Assembly (NCBI RefSeq): GCF_004010195.1
Contig: NC_057719.1
Location: 90,487,756-90,551,755, forward strand
DNA length: 64,000 nt
Source: Chiloscyllium plagiosum
Taxonomy: Eukaryota
Direction: 5' to 3'
Below, piece after piece: positions 13,205-27,384 of the stretch. The number at the start of each line of letters is the position of its first letter. The first letter of the stretch is position 1. The notes beneath the pieces are model-generated. The model searched no databases. It had not been told where the DNA came from and was given only the letters and a program-made list of their open reading frames with translations. The position numbers and the translations under genes were made by a program.

Positions 13205-13765
13205 AACTGGTTGATGAGTATCAATTCTGGTCTCCGTACTTTCAGGAAGATGCTGTTAAGCTTGAAAAGGTTCAGAAAAGATTTACAAGATGTTGCAGAG
13301 ACTGGAAGGTTTGAATTATAGGGAGAGGCTGACTGGACTGGGGATATTTTCCCTGGAGCATCAAAGGCTGAGGGGTGACCTTATAGAGGTGACCTTAAAA
13401 AACTATGAGGGGCATGGATGGATGAATATCCAAGGTTTGTTCCCCAGGGAGTCCAAAACTAGAGGCATAGGTTTAGGATGAGAGGGGAAAAATTTTAAAG
13501 TGACCCGAGGGGCAACTTTTTTCGCACAGAGGATGGTATGTATATGGAGCTGCCAGAGGAAGTGGTGGAGACTGGTACAATTACAACATTTAAAATGTTG
13601 TATGATATATGCATGGATCTGCATGGATATATGAACAGGAAGGGTTTGGAGGGATATGGGCCAAATGCTGACAAATAGGACTAGATCAGTTTAGGATATC
13701 TGAACAGCATGGATGAGTTGGATAAAAGGGTCTGATTCTGTGCTGTATGATTGTATGATTCTTTG
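13205..13765 (+). mobile_element. CR1 (HER1-like) 3' fragment
   Basis: QFWSP..RKD...LE.VQKRFTRML / LGIFSLE..RLRGDLIEV motifs. Tail ends in a tatgatt-type repeat. Confidence 0.85.
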
Positions 13766-14474
13766 ACTCTATCTGGTAAATGACTCATGTTCGTTCTATT
13801 CACATAAGTGAATATGAAAGTGAATAAAATAATTACGTCAATAATTACAATATATTGAGGATGACAGGTCAGGTGACGTGTCACAGCTGCAGCATATGGG
13901 AGCTTCTGGATGCCAGTTGGACCAGGGTAATCATATGTGTTGTAAATATCTTAAGTTTGAGCACATCCATATCAGTTTATAAGATGAAGGAGCAGCACTC
14001 CAAAAGCTAGTGCTTCCAAATAAACCTGATGGGCTATAACCTGGTGTTGTGTGAGTTTTAAGTTTATAGGATGTGGTTGAACTGCAAATACTGTGATGCA
14101 ACAGGGAGCGGGAGTCTTACCGAGATTCTTTATACTAGGAAAAAGTCACACCTTATAACGTCTAATCATCTGATCTGGGCAGTGTTCAGAGGCAGGGGAG
14201 TATGACTACACATGAGGCTGTTAAGGAGACCCAGAGGGCAGGAACAGAGGAGACCCTTTCAGCTAAACCAGGTGACACTGACGGCTGCAAATTGGATGAG
14301 CTAACTGACCATGGCACTGTAGTACAGGAAACTAATCAAGAGGAGGAAGAAGGAATGTAGCACTTGGAAGAGACAATACATTAACCGGGATTGATGCCGT
14401 TCTTTACAGCAAAGAGCATGAATTCAGACACTGAGCTGCCAAGTGCCAAGGTTCAAGGCTGGAGAGGAAGTGGT

Positions 14475-14791
14475 AGAATCCCTACAGTGTGGAAGCAGAC
14501 CATTTGGCCCATCAAATCCACACTGACCCTCTGAACAGCATCTCACCCAGGCCCACACCCCTACCCAATAACCCGACTTTTCCTATGGTTAATCCACCTA
14601 TCCTGCACATCCCTGGACACTATGGGCAATTTAGCATGGCCAATCCACCTAATCTGCACATGTTTGCAGTGTGGGAGGAAACCAGAGCACCCAGAGAAAA
14701 CCCAGGCAGACACTGAGAGAATGTGCAAACTCCACATGGACATTTGCCCAAGAGTGGAACTGAACCTGGGTCCCTGGCGCTGTGAAGCAGC
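14475..14791 (-). mobile_element. HE1-type V-SINE
   Basis: Reverse complement of the V-domain and tail. Confidence 0.88.
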
Positions 14792-14952
14792 ATGTAGGTA
14801 CCAACATCATAGGCAGAGAAAAGGAAGTGGTTCTGCACAGTCAGTCTGGGGTACTAGGTACCAAAGTAAGAAACAGAACCACCAAAGTCATAATCACTGG
14901 ATTATTACATGAGCAACATCAACATTAATGGAAGGTAAACAAGGTTAGAGAG

Positions 14953-17900
14953 TGTTATGAAGATGTAGGGGTACTGTAGCTTTAAGAGAGATGAAAAGCT
15001 AGCAAGAACTCAGAGAAGCACAGAGAGCCCAGAACAAGGTAACAATGTAACATTTGGTTGAAACAACTAGCTAAGAGCTGTGTTGCCTAGATACAAAAAA
15101 CAAATTCAAATTCAGTCAATCAGTTTAAATTATGCCCCAAGATACCAAACTCCAATCAAGTTTGAATTTAGTATTTTGACAATATTAAAACCAATGAAAC
15201 GATCCAATATTTTGGGGCATAAATATCAGACACTTTGAACAGTTACCCAGAGTGGTAAAGAGCAGCCAGCACCAACAACTAGAAAGACTGCTTGCAAAAA
15301 GATCTGCTCTCTTAAAGGTACCTTTATCTATCAAAGACCTGGGAAGCAGGATCCCTAAGAAGAAGAAAAGAAGACAGAGGAATATCTACAGGGACACTCG
15401 GCAAATGTGACTGGTTTTGAAACATGACTTTTTTTTGTAAATCGTAATTGGGAGTTTTATCAGACTAGTATTACAGAGGGGGAGGTAAAAGATAGGTTTA
15501 AGAGAACAGAGTTGTAAATACTTGTTAGTTAATTATTCTCTGTTAGACTTTTAAAAAGTTGTTAATTTTTACTTTAAATAGTGACTTCTGGGGATAGTTC
15601 TTTACCTGTTGAATTTTAACAGATTACAGCACGGGGGTGAATATTTTCTATGGTGCTCGTTTAAATTAGCAGAGGGGTTTGCCCCGTATCACTAGGATTT
15701 GAATTGTTCAGTTATCGGATTCGTGATCTGAACAGGTTTAGACCGACTTGAATAGATTTGAGGTACGATAAAAGCCCAGCAGATTTAAACACTTGCAGGT
15801 TAGTGTCCTAGATCTTTAAATAAAACGTAAGTGAGACAATGTGTTTAATTTCGGTGACTTGGGGTTGATTACATTAAAAGTGAGAGAAATGGCTCTTAAA
15901 ATTGCTAAAGAGGTTCTGGGATTTGAAGATGATTCTCAAAATTGCCAAGGAAAGAAAAAAGCCATATTTTCAGAATTAGCAAAGAAGTTAGATTTGGGTT
16001 TAACCAAGGACAAAAGTAAAGTAGAAATTGTAAGGGAATTACTCAAACACTTAGGTGTTGCAGAGAAACAGACAAGTGCAGTACAGTAGAAAAACTTACA
16101 TTACAATTGAGGAAAATTGGGTTAGAAGATAAACAAGGAGAGAGAGAGGAAAGAAAGAGAGAAGAGCGAGAGGAAAAAGAGACAGAAGGATATCACTAGC
16201 TGAGCAAAGAGAGAAGAGAGGGAAAGAGAAATAAGAAAGGAAGAGACAAAAAGACAGAGAATTTGAACTTGAGAAGTTGCAATTTAGTCAGCAAAGTCAA
16301 GTTAACAGGCTGGAGATTAAAAGAGAAGGTAGTGATTTATACAAATATGTCAAAACCCTGCCACATTTTGATGAGAAAGATGTTGAAGCCTTCTTTATTC
16401 CATTTGAAAAATTGGCTAGGCAGATGGAGTGGTCCGAGGATTTATAGGTAATGCTAGTTCAGACTAAACTGGTAGGCAGAGCTAGTGAGGTCTTTGTCGC
16501 ACTGTCAGATGAGGGGACAAGAGATTATGAAGAGATTAGCAGGCTATTTTAAGTGCTTAAGTACTTTTAAGTACTAGAAGCATAAAGACAGTGGTTTAGA
16601 AACATAAAGGAGGAACCAGGTCAGACTTATATTGAGTTCAAAAGAATTAAACATAGTCACTTTGATAGATGGGTGCGTGCTTTAAAAATAGGTAGGACTT
16701 TTGAGGCTCGAAGAGAGATTATTCTACTGGAGGAGTTTAAAAACACACTTCTAGAGAAGGTAAGAATTCATGTGGAGAAACAGAAAGTTCAGGAAGTGAG
16801 AAGGGCAGCAGAATTAGCAGAGGAATACATGTTGGTGTATAAGACAAGATTTCGACCAGAATTTCTTCCTGTGAGGGATAGAAGTTGGGAGAAGGGGAGA
16901 TCCTACACTACGAAAGAAAGAGTAGAGAACACTGGTAAGAGTTTACCACAGGTTAAAAACGAAGCCCAACAGAGTGGAAAGGAGGTGAAAGGCCTCAGGT
17001 ATTTCCACTGTGGTAAAGTGGGATACGTAAAGTCACAGTGCTGTTTGTTAAAGAAAGGCACTGTGGGAAAAGATGTGGTAAGAGAAGCTAAGCCAGTGGC
17101 ATTAGTGAAGGTAGTAAAGGAAACCCCAAGAAGAGCCGGGGGACTAAAGGAGAGTGCACAGCCTCGGCAGGGGCTGGGTATGGGGTTAGTACCTGATCAC
17201 TATAAAGTATTTGCCTCAGTGGGTAAAGTTTACTCAGAAAGAACAGGGAGAGAAGGACAAGAAGTTATTATGTTGAGAGATATAAGATCTCATCAGTCGC
17301 TGATAGTAAGGGATGAGCGAATATGCACATTTTTTGATCTGTTACCGAAGAGTGTGGTAATTTGTGGGATAGATGGACAGAAATTTAGCGTTCCCTATGT
17401 AAGATCAGTTTGGAGTGCCAACTCAAGACTGGGAATTAACAGTGGGAGTGATTGAGAGTGTCAGTTCCAGGAATTCAGTTTGTTCTTGGGAATGATTTAG
17501 CAGGGTCCAAGTTGGGAGTGACACCAAGGAACTGAGGAGTTAAAACAGAAATATCCTGGTGTTTTCCCAGATTGTGTAGTAACCAGATCCCACTCTCATG
17601 TCATAGCATGAAGCAAAAACTAAAGAGAAAGATGAAGGAGTTGGGATTCAGTCAGCGGACACTCTGTTTCACATAATGGTGCAGAAAAAAAGCTGAACAG
17701 GCAGAGGGTCAGACAGGAGTGTTTACTCCTGAAAGGCTAAGCAACTTGCAACAGCAAGACAAGACGATAAAAGATATATATGTAGATGTCTACTCCAAAA
17801 AGGAGGCAGAGAATATTCCAGAGGGTTATTATCTGAAAGATAGAATCCTAAGACGGAAATGAAGACCATGGCAGGTTAGTACAGAGGAGAAATGAGCCAA

Positions 17901-20900
17901 AGTGCACCAGGTTGTGTTGCCTGTAGCATACTGATAGGAAATGTTATGGGTAGCACATGAGCACATGTAGGAGGTCACCTAAGGATGTGAAAAACTCAGG
18001 CTAAGGTACAAAAACATTTTTATTGGTCTGGCATGCACAAGGGTGTGGCTAACTTCTGCCGTATGTGTCATACAAGCCAAATGGGAGGTAAGCCACAGGC
18101 AGTAATAAAACCTGCACCTTTATTGCCAATTCCCACATTTGAGGAACCTTTCACGCGGGTTATAATTGATTGCGTAGGCCCCCTCCCGAGAACTAAAAGT
18201 TGGAACCAGTACTTGTTAACCGTAATGGATGTGTCTACCAGATTTCCAAAGGCAATTCCATTATGGAGTATTAAGGCAAAAAGGGTGGGAGAGGAGTTAG
18301 TAGCTTTCTTCACACGGTATGCGCTATCCAGAGAGGTTCAGTCGGACCAAGGGTCATATTTTACTGCTAGGGTGTTTAAGGAAGTCATGGATATCTTAGG
18401 TATACAACGCTTTAAATCCAGTGTGTAACATTCTGTATCCCAGGGAGCTTTAGAAAGGTGGCATCAGATCTTGAAGACTATGTTGAGAACCTACTGTCAG
18501 GATCATCCAAATGATTGGGATAAAGGTATCCCATTCGTATTGTTTCCCATTAGAGATGACCCCAAACTCACTCAGTTCACTCCCTTTGAGTTAATATTTG
18601 GGCATGAAGTGAGAGGCCCTTTAAAATTAATTAAAGAAAAATTGACAGGACCAAAGTTTGAAATCTCACAATTAGATTTTGTATTAGAGGTGAGGGAGAG
18701 ATTAAATCGAGCAGGTGAGTTAGCTACACAGCACCTAAAGAGGGCACAGTACAGAATGAAACAGTTGGCAGATGAATTTTCTGAGACTCGGATGTTTTCC
18801 CGAGGGATGACGTGTTAGTACTGTAACCAGTAATAGGAGATCCCTTCAAAACCAGGTTTAGTGGTCCCTATCAAATTGAGAAAAAGGTGAGTCAGGTGAG
18901 CTATCTCGTAAAGATGCCAGATAGAAAAGAAAGGTATCAGGTATGTCATGTGAACATGTTGAAACCGTATTACACTGGAGAGAAAGACCTGGAGAAACAG
19001 GTGTTAGTTACTGCCCTGCAGAGTGAGGAATCAAATCCAGATGATGTGGATTTTGATGTGCCTCAAAACAGATTTAAAAATGAACAAGTCCTTGAGGAAT
19101 GGGATAGGTTAGTAAACTGTCTCATGAGCATAGCACGCTGTTGAAAGGTTTGTTACTGCAGTATAAGGACATATGTAAGAATCAGCTGGGGAGGACTAAT
19201 GCTATTGTACATGAAGTAGACATAGGGAATACTGCTACGATAAAATAACATCCCTATCAGCTTAATCCTTTCAAAGCCAGACAGGTCCAGAATGAGGTGG
19301 AGGCCATGCTTGACGAGGATATCATCAAACTGAGCCAGAGCCAGTGGAGTTCACCAATCGTCTTAGTTCCCAAACTGGACCGGACTCAACGATTTTGCAT
19401 GGATTATCAAAACATCAATGCCATTACAAAATTGGACTCGTATCCAATTCATAGATTGGAGGACTGTATTGAGAGAGATGGACAAGCCAGTTACATCACC
19501 AAGTTGGACTTACTGCATGGTTACTGGCAGGTACCTTTATCAGAGACGGCAAAAGAAATTTCTGCCCTTATAACCCCAAATGGGCTACATCAATTTACAG
19601 TGATGCCCTTTGGAATGAAGAATGCCCCTGCTACATTCCAAAGACTCATGAACAGAGTTGTGGCTGGGTTACCAAACTGTGCAGTCTATTTGGATTATAT
19701 GGTGATCTTTAGTAAGTCCTGGAAAGGTCACATGGAATAGTTGGCAGAGTTCTTTGAACGACTATGAGAAGCAAAACTGGTAATAAACTTAAAACTGAAT
19801 TCACGAAAACCGAAGTTACTTTCCTGGGACATAACATAGGTCATGGAAGGTTGACCCCACGGAATGCAAAGATGAAGGCCATCAAGGAATTTCCACGATC
19901 AAACTCAAAGAAAGAGGTGCTTCGATTCTTCCACAGCATAGTGACATTGTTAACCGATTTGCTGAAGAAGAACACAAAATTTTGGTGGACAGAACAATGC
20001 CAGGAAGCATTCGACCATTTGAAATCAATATTAACCACTGCCCCACTTCTAGCTACTCGAAACTTTTCACAACCTTTTAAAGTTGCCATCGATGCTAGGG
20101 ACATAGAAGTTGGAGCTGTACTGCTATAGGAAGATGATAATGGGATTGATCTGCCAGTTGGTTACTTTTTGAAGAAACTCAATATCCACCAGAGGAAATA
20201 TTCCACAATCAAAAAAGAACTACTGAGTTTGGTACTGGCCTTACAACATTTTAATGTGTATGTCACAAACAATGTGTCAGAGATGGTTGTGCACACGGAT
20301 CACAACTCTTTTACATTCTTAGAACACTTTAAAGACAAGAATGTGAGACTGTTTCATTCGAGTCTTATGTTACAGACTCTCAATTTACATATCATACATG
20401 TTGCAGGTCGTAAGAATGTAATCACAGATGCGTTATCATGGATTTGACTGATAAAATACAGATAAGATACAGCTATTCAATGTTATATATCGGTGGGAGG
20501 AAGTTAATCTGAACTTAGATTCAAGTCATATGTATATCATGATATTGTAGTTTAGGATTAGAGAGAAAAAAAGCCACCTTTTCATTATGATGGACCTTTC
20601 ATAAGAGCTGTGTTGCCTGGATAAAAAAACAAATTCAAACTTGGCCAATCAGTTTAAATTATGCCCCAAGATACCAAACTCCAATCAAGTTTGAATTTAG
20701 TATTTTGACAATATTAAAACCAATGAAACGATCCAATATTTTGGGGTATAAATATCAGACACTTTGAACAGTTACCTAGAGTAGCAAAGAGCAGCTAGCA
20801 CCAACAATGAGAGAGACTGCTTGCTGAAAGATCTGCTCTCTTAAAGGCACCTTTATCTATTAGAGACCTGGGAAGCAGAATCCATAAGCAGAAAAGAAGA

Positions 20901-21229
20901 CAGAGGAAAATCTACAGAGGACACTCAGCAAAGCTGACTGATTTTGAAACATGATTATGTTTCCCTGTAAATTGTAAATGGGAGTTTTATCTGAATAGCA
21001 TTGTGGAGGGGGAGATAAAAGATAGGTTTAAGAGAACCTAATTAACCAACCTAGTTGTTGGTTAATTATTTTCTGTTAGACTTTAAAAAAAGTTGTTAAT
21101 TTTTAGGTTAAATAGTGATTTCTGGGGATAATTCTTTGCCTCTTGAATTTTAACAGATTATAGCACAGGGTGAATGTTTTCTGTGGTGCTGGTTTAAATA
21201 AGCAGAGGAGTTTATCCCATGTTGTAACA
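14953..21229 (+). mobile_element. Gmr1-like Ty3/Gypsy LTR retrotransposon, degenerate
   Basis: Termini TGTTA...TAACA and TSD AGAG (14949-14952 / 21230-21233). LTR homology between 15072-15690 and 20602-21220. SCAN-like Gag, CCHC relic, protease relic, integrase (18033-18818) upstream of RT (19297-19740) and RNase H (20080-20447). Confidence 0.92.
15889..20447 (+). pseudogene. gag-pol of the Gmr1-like element (many stops and frameshifts)
   Basis: IIDCVGPLP..QSDQG (INT), LDLLHGYWQV..MPFGMKNAPATFQRLM..YLD (RT), YSTIKKELL..HTDH..ITDALS (RNase H). Confidence 0.88.
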
Positions 21230-23089
21230 AGAGATAAATACACAGCTCAAAGACTGGTGTCAGACAAGTAAGGAGGTGGCCGATGAACTGTGGAAGTATT
21301 TTGTATTGGTAAAGAGAACACGAGGAACATCCAGAAAACAGCAAAAAATCAGGAAGTGGGATGTAGGAGAAATGCAGCAAAATCACAATCACGAGGGAAG
21401 TGGTACAGAATAAATTGGTGGAGCCACGGACTGCCAAATGCCCTTGTTCTGACTGACTTCATCCTAGGATTTAAAAAAAAGTGGCTATTGAGATAGTTGA
21501 TGTATTGCCATTACTTTTCCAAAACACCCAGATTCAGGAGTGATCCTACAGTGACAGTAAATGCCACTCCTTTATTCAAAAAGTAAAGGAAACTTCAGGC
21601 CAATGAGCTTCACATATGCCAGAGGGAGGATGTTAGAAGTTATCATTAGAAGAGTTATAGCAGGGTACTTGAATACATTGAATCTGGCAGAGTCAACATG
21701 GTTTGTGAAAACATGGTAATCATGATTGACCAATCTATTGGAGTCCTTTGAGGAGCTAACACCTGTTGGGGATAAAGGAGAATTGTTGGTGTACTGAACT
21801 TAGATCACCAGGCATTTGATAAGGTGTCACATCGAAGGTTATTATAGAAAATAAGAGCTCATGGTGAAGGGAAGAACATACTGGTATGGATAGTGGATGG
21901 GTTGGCTAACAGGAATCAGAGAAGGAATAAGTGAGTTTTTTTTCAGGATGGTAGAATGACAGAAGTGGTGTGGCACAGGGCTGGGTTTTGGGCCCTCAAC
22001 TCTTAACAATCTATAGAAATGATCTGTATGAAGGGACTGAAGGAATAACAGCTAAATTTGCTGATGACACAAAGATAGGTAGGAAAATAAGTTGTGAATA
22101 TGACGCAAGGAACCTACCAAAATATATAAATAGATTCAGTAAATGGACTAAGATTTGGCAAATGGAGCACAATGTGATAAGATGTGAAATTGTCCACTTT
22201 GGCCAGAAAAATAAGAAAAATCAACATACTTTTGATATGATGCAAGGTTGCAGAGCTCTGAGATGTAGAAGGATCTGAATGTCCCAGAACACTGTCTAAA
22301 AATTAAGAATTGCCTTCTTGAGGATGATGAAAACTTTTCTATCTAAAAGGGTTATGCGATTTTAGAACTCTGCCTCAAACACAAAGTAATAAGATGCAGA
22401 TACAGCAATTACAGCAGTAATGAGGAAAGCTATTAAGATGTTGTTATATATCACAAAAGGAATTTAAATACAAGAGTAAAGAGTTACCAATTCAGTTTTA
22501 CTGAGCACTGATGACACTACATGTACCATGTACAATACTGGCATTTTATTTATGGAAAGATGTAAGCACTGGGGTTTATTCACAGATGGTTTATTCAATT
22601 AACAGCTGGGATTACAGTTTTCTTCTGAGGAAAGGTTGGATGGGGCTGGACTTGTATTTACTAGAGTTTATAACAGGCAACTTGAATTAAACATATGTGA
22701 TCCAGAGGGGGCTTGATTGGGTGAATGCGGAGAGGATATTTCCTCCTGTGAGATAATCTAGATTGAGGATCACTGTTTAAAACTCTGAGGTTTAAAACAG
22801 AGATGAGGTGAAATATTTTCTCTCTGAGGGACATGAATCTTTAGGACTCTATTCCACAAAGGTGGTAGAAGCAGAGTCCTTGTGGATTTGTTAAAAGAAT
22901 TTGATCAGCCAGGATCACATTGAATGGTGGAGCAAGACTGAGGGACTAAATGGCCTCTCCGGATTCATACATTCCCTTGTGTCTACTCATTTCCCAGCAC
23001 CATCATTCCTCTTGCAGTCTAATACTCAGAGTTTGCTGCGTGAGTCACCTGTAAATTTTGAAATTGTCCTCATACTCATGGTCTAGGTG

Positions 23090-25685
23090 ATTAAAGAAAA
23101 GCAGTGGCCCTAATACTGATCCTGGGAAAACCCACTTTACAAATAGTTAAATGGAGCAGAATTAGACTTTTCAGCCTATTGATCTTGCTCCACCATTCAA
23201 TAAGATCATGGCTGATGTATTTGTGTTTTGAATCTACATTCCCATCTACTTCTGATCACCTTCAATTTACCTTTGCCTAACAGGAATCTATTTACCTTCG
23301 TCTTAAAAATATTTAACAACCTCCTCCTCAGCTGCCTGCTGAGGCACAGAGTTCTAAAATCACATAACCCTCTTTGAAAAAAAAGCTTTTATCATCCTCA
23401 AAAAGGCAATTCTTAATTTTTAAGTAATATTTTAAACAATGTTTAAACTAGTTCTGCACTCACATGCAAAAGGAAACATTATTTCCATAACCACTTTATC
23501 AAGACCATCCAGGATCTTCTAAACTTCAATCAAGTCACTCCTCATCCTTCTAAAATTTTCCTGCAAAAATGAGCCTAGCTTTAGTCATTCCAGGTATCAA
23601 TCTAGCAAACCCTGTCTGAATTGCTTCCAATGCATTTACAATGTTCCTTAAATAAGGAGAAAACAGTATTTGAGATGTGGTCTCACCCATGCCCTGTATA
23701 ACTGAAGCATAACATCCTTACATTTATGTTCAATTCCTTTAAATGTGTTCCTGGCTTGCTTGAATATGTGCTGTTTGAATGAAAGGATTAAAGCTGAAAT
23801 GGTTAACTACAGATTCAGTTAGAACTGTCTGTAATTTAAAAAAACGTAAATCAATGATGAAGAGCCAGGCCTTGGAAACAAGGCCATGAGTGATAGAAAC
23901 AAGGATGCAACCTAGCCTGCACAATCAGTAGGATAAGGGGAGGATACAAACTTATTAACAAATAGTTGTAAACTGATGAGATGAAGAACTGGTTTGATTA
24001 TCTGAAGAGTATAAAAGCTAAAACCTTGTGGGTTTTTCAGAATCTAGATTCTCATGCTTTTACTTCTTCCACTTAATAACCTTTTGCTCATTCTCTGCTG
24101 TTCTTCTGACCAATCTGAAATAACTCCACAGAGGCTGACATCCTATCCCCAAGTCACCCTTTAATCACAATTTGACGCTGATCCAGTTTCTTCAGAGCCA
24201 GCTCTCAGAGTGAACAGGACATCTGACAGTCTTGTTTATATCTGTCAGCCAGGGGTCCCTGATTGGGGTTGTTAATCTGGTCCAATTAGGGAACTCACAT
24301 TCTAAGAGGTCTACCTGGCTGACCTCATTCAACCACTACACAATCATCAGCCCTTTAACTTGATGCTTTACCTAATTTCTTTAGCAAATCGTTAATGCTA
24401 GGTCATCGCTTTATAATATGACTGTGTAGTAAGAATATACTTATTCTGCACATCTTGAAATATTCCCTTAAATGTTTGACATTGCACATCTATTGACCTA
24501 TCTCCTCGTCTAATATGCCAGTTCACTTCAGCTAGCTCAGCTTTGACGCCCACATGGTTTTCCTTGTTTAGATTTAAAATACTAGTCTTAGACCCAATCT
24601 TCTCCCTTTAAACTGGATGAATAACTCAATGATATTGTGGTCACTCTAAACTACAGGTGCTTTTACTCTGAGGTCATTAATTAATCCTCTCACACAATTA
24701 CATGATATCTAAACTAATAAAGGACACTCTGTTTAGTTCTAAAATGTACTGCTATAAGAAATTATATCAACAGAATTTTATGAACTCCTCATCCAAGTTA
24801 CTGCCAAGCATATATTTTCAGTTTATATATAGATTAAAATCATGCATGATTATTGCCACTCTTTACCACAAGCACCCAATATTGCTCCTTACATACTTTT
24901 GTCTCACCTTGTGGTGACTGTGGAGGGGCTGTAGATCACTTCCACTGGTGGCTCCTTTTCCCTATTATTCCATAGACTCAAAATGTTGACTCTCCTGCTC
25001 CTCGGATGCTCCCCAACCTGCTGTGCTTTTCCAGCACCAAACGTTTTGATTCTGATATCCAGCATCTGCAGTCCTCACTTTCTCCTTCATCCCCAGAGTC
25101 AGTCGAATGAACATTTCCTGAAGCGCTTCCAATGCAAATTTTTCCCTTTTATGTAAGGAGATGAAACAGTACACAGTAATCCAGATAAAGTCTCACCAAA
25201 GTCCTCTACCATTATAGTAAAACATCCATGCTTTGATCTTCTATTCTCCGTGCAATCAACAACATCCCATTTACCTTCTTAACCATTTGCTGTACCTGCA
25301 CGCTTTTGATGACTTATGCATTATGACACCTAGATCTGAGTTCAGTAATCTCTGTTTAAATAATATGCTGTTTTTCTATTCGTCCATCCAAAGTTGTCAA
25401 GTTCACATTTTCCCAAAATATAATCCATTTGCTAAACCTTTGCTCACTAAATCTCTCTGCAGCCCTTTGCAGACTCCTTATGCCCTTTTTGCAACTTACT
25501 TTCCTACTCATCGTGTCATCACAAAATGTAGCAAACAGTACCTTAAATCCTGAGATTAATATAGATTGTAAATAAGTTGCTGTTATTGTGTCCAACTTGA
25601 ACAATGACTCCAATTTCTACTTGTCATAGAATACGGCCCAAAAATGACTCATTTATCCCCACTCTCTACTTCCTGTTAGTCAGCA
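23090..25685 (-). mobile_element. Cluster of degraded CR1 fragments with a Penelope terminus (24970-25087)
   Basis: Minus-strand CR1 3' ends (aatagttaaatggagcagaattag.. type) and APE/RT relics. Confidence 0.6.
24125..24340 (-). mobile_element. Possible solo-LTR remnant
   Basis: Ends in actaca (TGTAGT on the minus strand), with a TATA-like element and ATTAAA on the minus strand. The other end is not defined. Confidence 0.35.
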
Positions 25686-25693
25686 AAAACATA

Positions 25694-27380
25694 GAGCTGA
25701 ATTGTATGTTTTTTGGCTCAGTGTGAGTTATGGGATTTTGTGGGGTTTCCACATGACGTTTGAGTTAGGTTCCTCACCATGTCTTCGCAAACTCGCCTTA
25801 TGAATTGCCATAGTGTTCCTCTCCCATCCAGTTGCAGCTTCCCTCAACCTGCTCCCAGAACAACTTGCTGTTCCATGTATATCCTGGCAATTCTTCTGCT
25901 GGCTCCATCTCTAAAAGCTTGCTGTGCACCTGGACAGACTCTGTCAGTCTACAGCTGCCTCTGCACTGTTCCTGACATTTGCCCCACATGTGGCAGGCTG
26001 GTAGGCAGGCAGACAGCAGGGGTGGGGGAGGGCGAGTGGGATCAATACCTCGCTTTGTGGACAGGAATCTGCAGATGCTGCTGGATGGGGTAGGGCAGAG
26101 GGGAGACCTCTTCCTCCCCAGAACCAACAGGAAAAGGTGCGACACCAGACTACATCCAGCCTGATCTGTGGGAGCTACTCGGCTCAGTGCATGTTTCCGC
26201 CATCTGGAGGAATGCCCTTAATATAGGAAGCAAGTCAATGAGCTTCTCCACTCTGTCAGGGTCAGTGCCACCATCTTGTTTCTGATACCTCACCCTCACC
26301 CTCTCTCTGTCACTGCACCCACCTCCCAACAAGACTCATATTCCAGCCCTCTCACTACTACCAGCAATATCTTGCCCACTCGCTGTTCCTAACCCTGTCA
26401 GCACCGCCCTGACCCCTGCCTGCCCACTCGCCCACCAAGGACACTTCCCCTTCTGCGGCAACTGGAATAGCTCTGTTCTCCATTTCCAGCTCCCTTAATA
26501 CCTGCCTCTCTCACTCCAAAAGGGAGACAGTCCCTAACAGTGCAGGAAAGATCAAGGCAGGGGATATGCTACCCAACATTCAGCTGCTCAGCCCTTTATG
26601 TGACAAACATCCTGACTCTGACCATCCTGAATAGCTGACTGACCATTTCGAAGCCTCTGGGACTGGAGGCTGCCTTGACTTAGAGTGCTTGGAACCCCTA
26701 ATTGAAGATTAACTCTCCTGACTGGTCTGGGGCCTACTGACAGGTTTTCTTCCTTTGTGTCTGCACTAAACATCGAGGCAAAACAGAAGTAGCATCAGCC
26801 TGATATAGCTGGCCAAGAGGTCAAAGTGCAGCAAGGCAGTGAGCATCTAGACAGGCTTAGTGTGATTGTGTTCTGTGGCAGTGAGCAAAGAGCCTGGAGA
26901 CACAGGCGGGACCAGTCCATAAGCTCACATTGTCCTTGCTGAAGTGTCCTGGAAGGAGACTGGAGATGCACTATGAAGGTTCTTAGAGGCTGGCAAATGT
27001 CAAATGTCAATGTCCATGTGGCTGTTGCCCATGGAGTGTACCCTGAGATGTTGGTGCCCAGTGTCCTACAGAGCAAGCATAAACTAATTTCACCAGGCAC
27101 CTGCTCTGGTTTCCATGTGGGGTTTTCTCAATGTTGAACTGGTTCGGCAAGTTTGGTTAGATAGGAAGAGTAAAAGTTAATGAGATGAGTTAGACTGTCA
27201 ACAAGGCCTTTCACAAGCTGTAAATCCCCTTAATTGGTATCTCACCACTGCCCAGTGAGAAACTTAAGCTCGCTGTTTGTGAAAAGCATGTTGAAACAAG
27301 ATGCTCCTGACATCGACCTAGAATTCTCATCCGATTCTGCCATAGTTCATGTCTCTCTGACCCCTACAAGATTCCATTCA
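25694..27380 (+). mobile_element. Harbinger/PIF-type DNA transposon relic with Myb/SANT-like ORF
   Basis: 26045-26262 reads PRFVDRNLQMLLDGVGQRGDLF...(W->stop)...YRKQVNELL, a MSANTD/NAIF1-like pattern. Weak TIR-like ends gagctgaatt / agattccattc. Confidence 0.55.
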
Positions 27381-27384
27381 ATGA

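Larger units (their letters stand above)
13860..22965 (+). mobile_element. Old CR1 LINE (ORF1 zinc finger/esterase plus ORF2 remnants), host to a Penelope terminus, an HE1 SINE and the Gmr1-like element
   Basis: C..C..WE..C..C-like relic at 13880-13960, ORF1 esterase-like relic either side of the LTR element, and RT motifs QG.VLGP.L / KFADDTK at 21970-22278. Confidence 0.65.
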
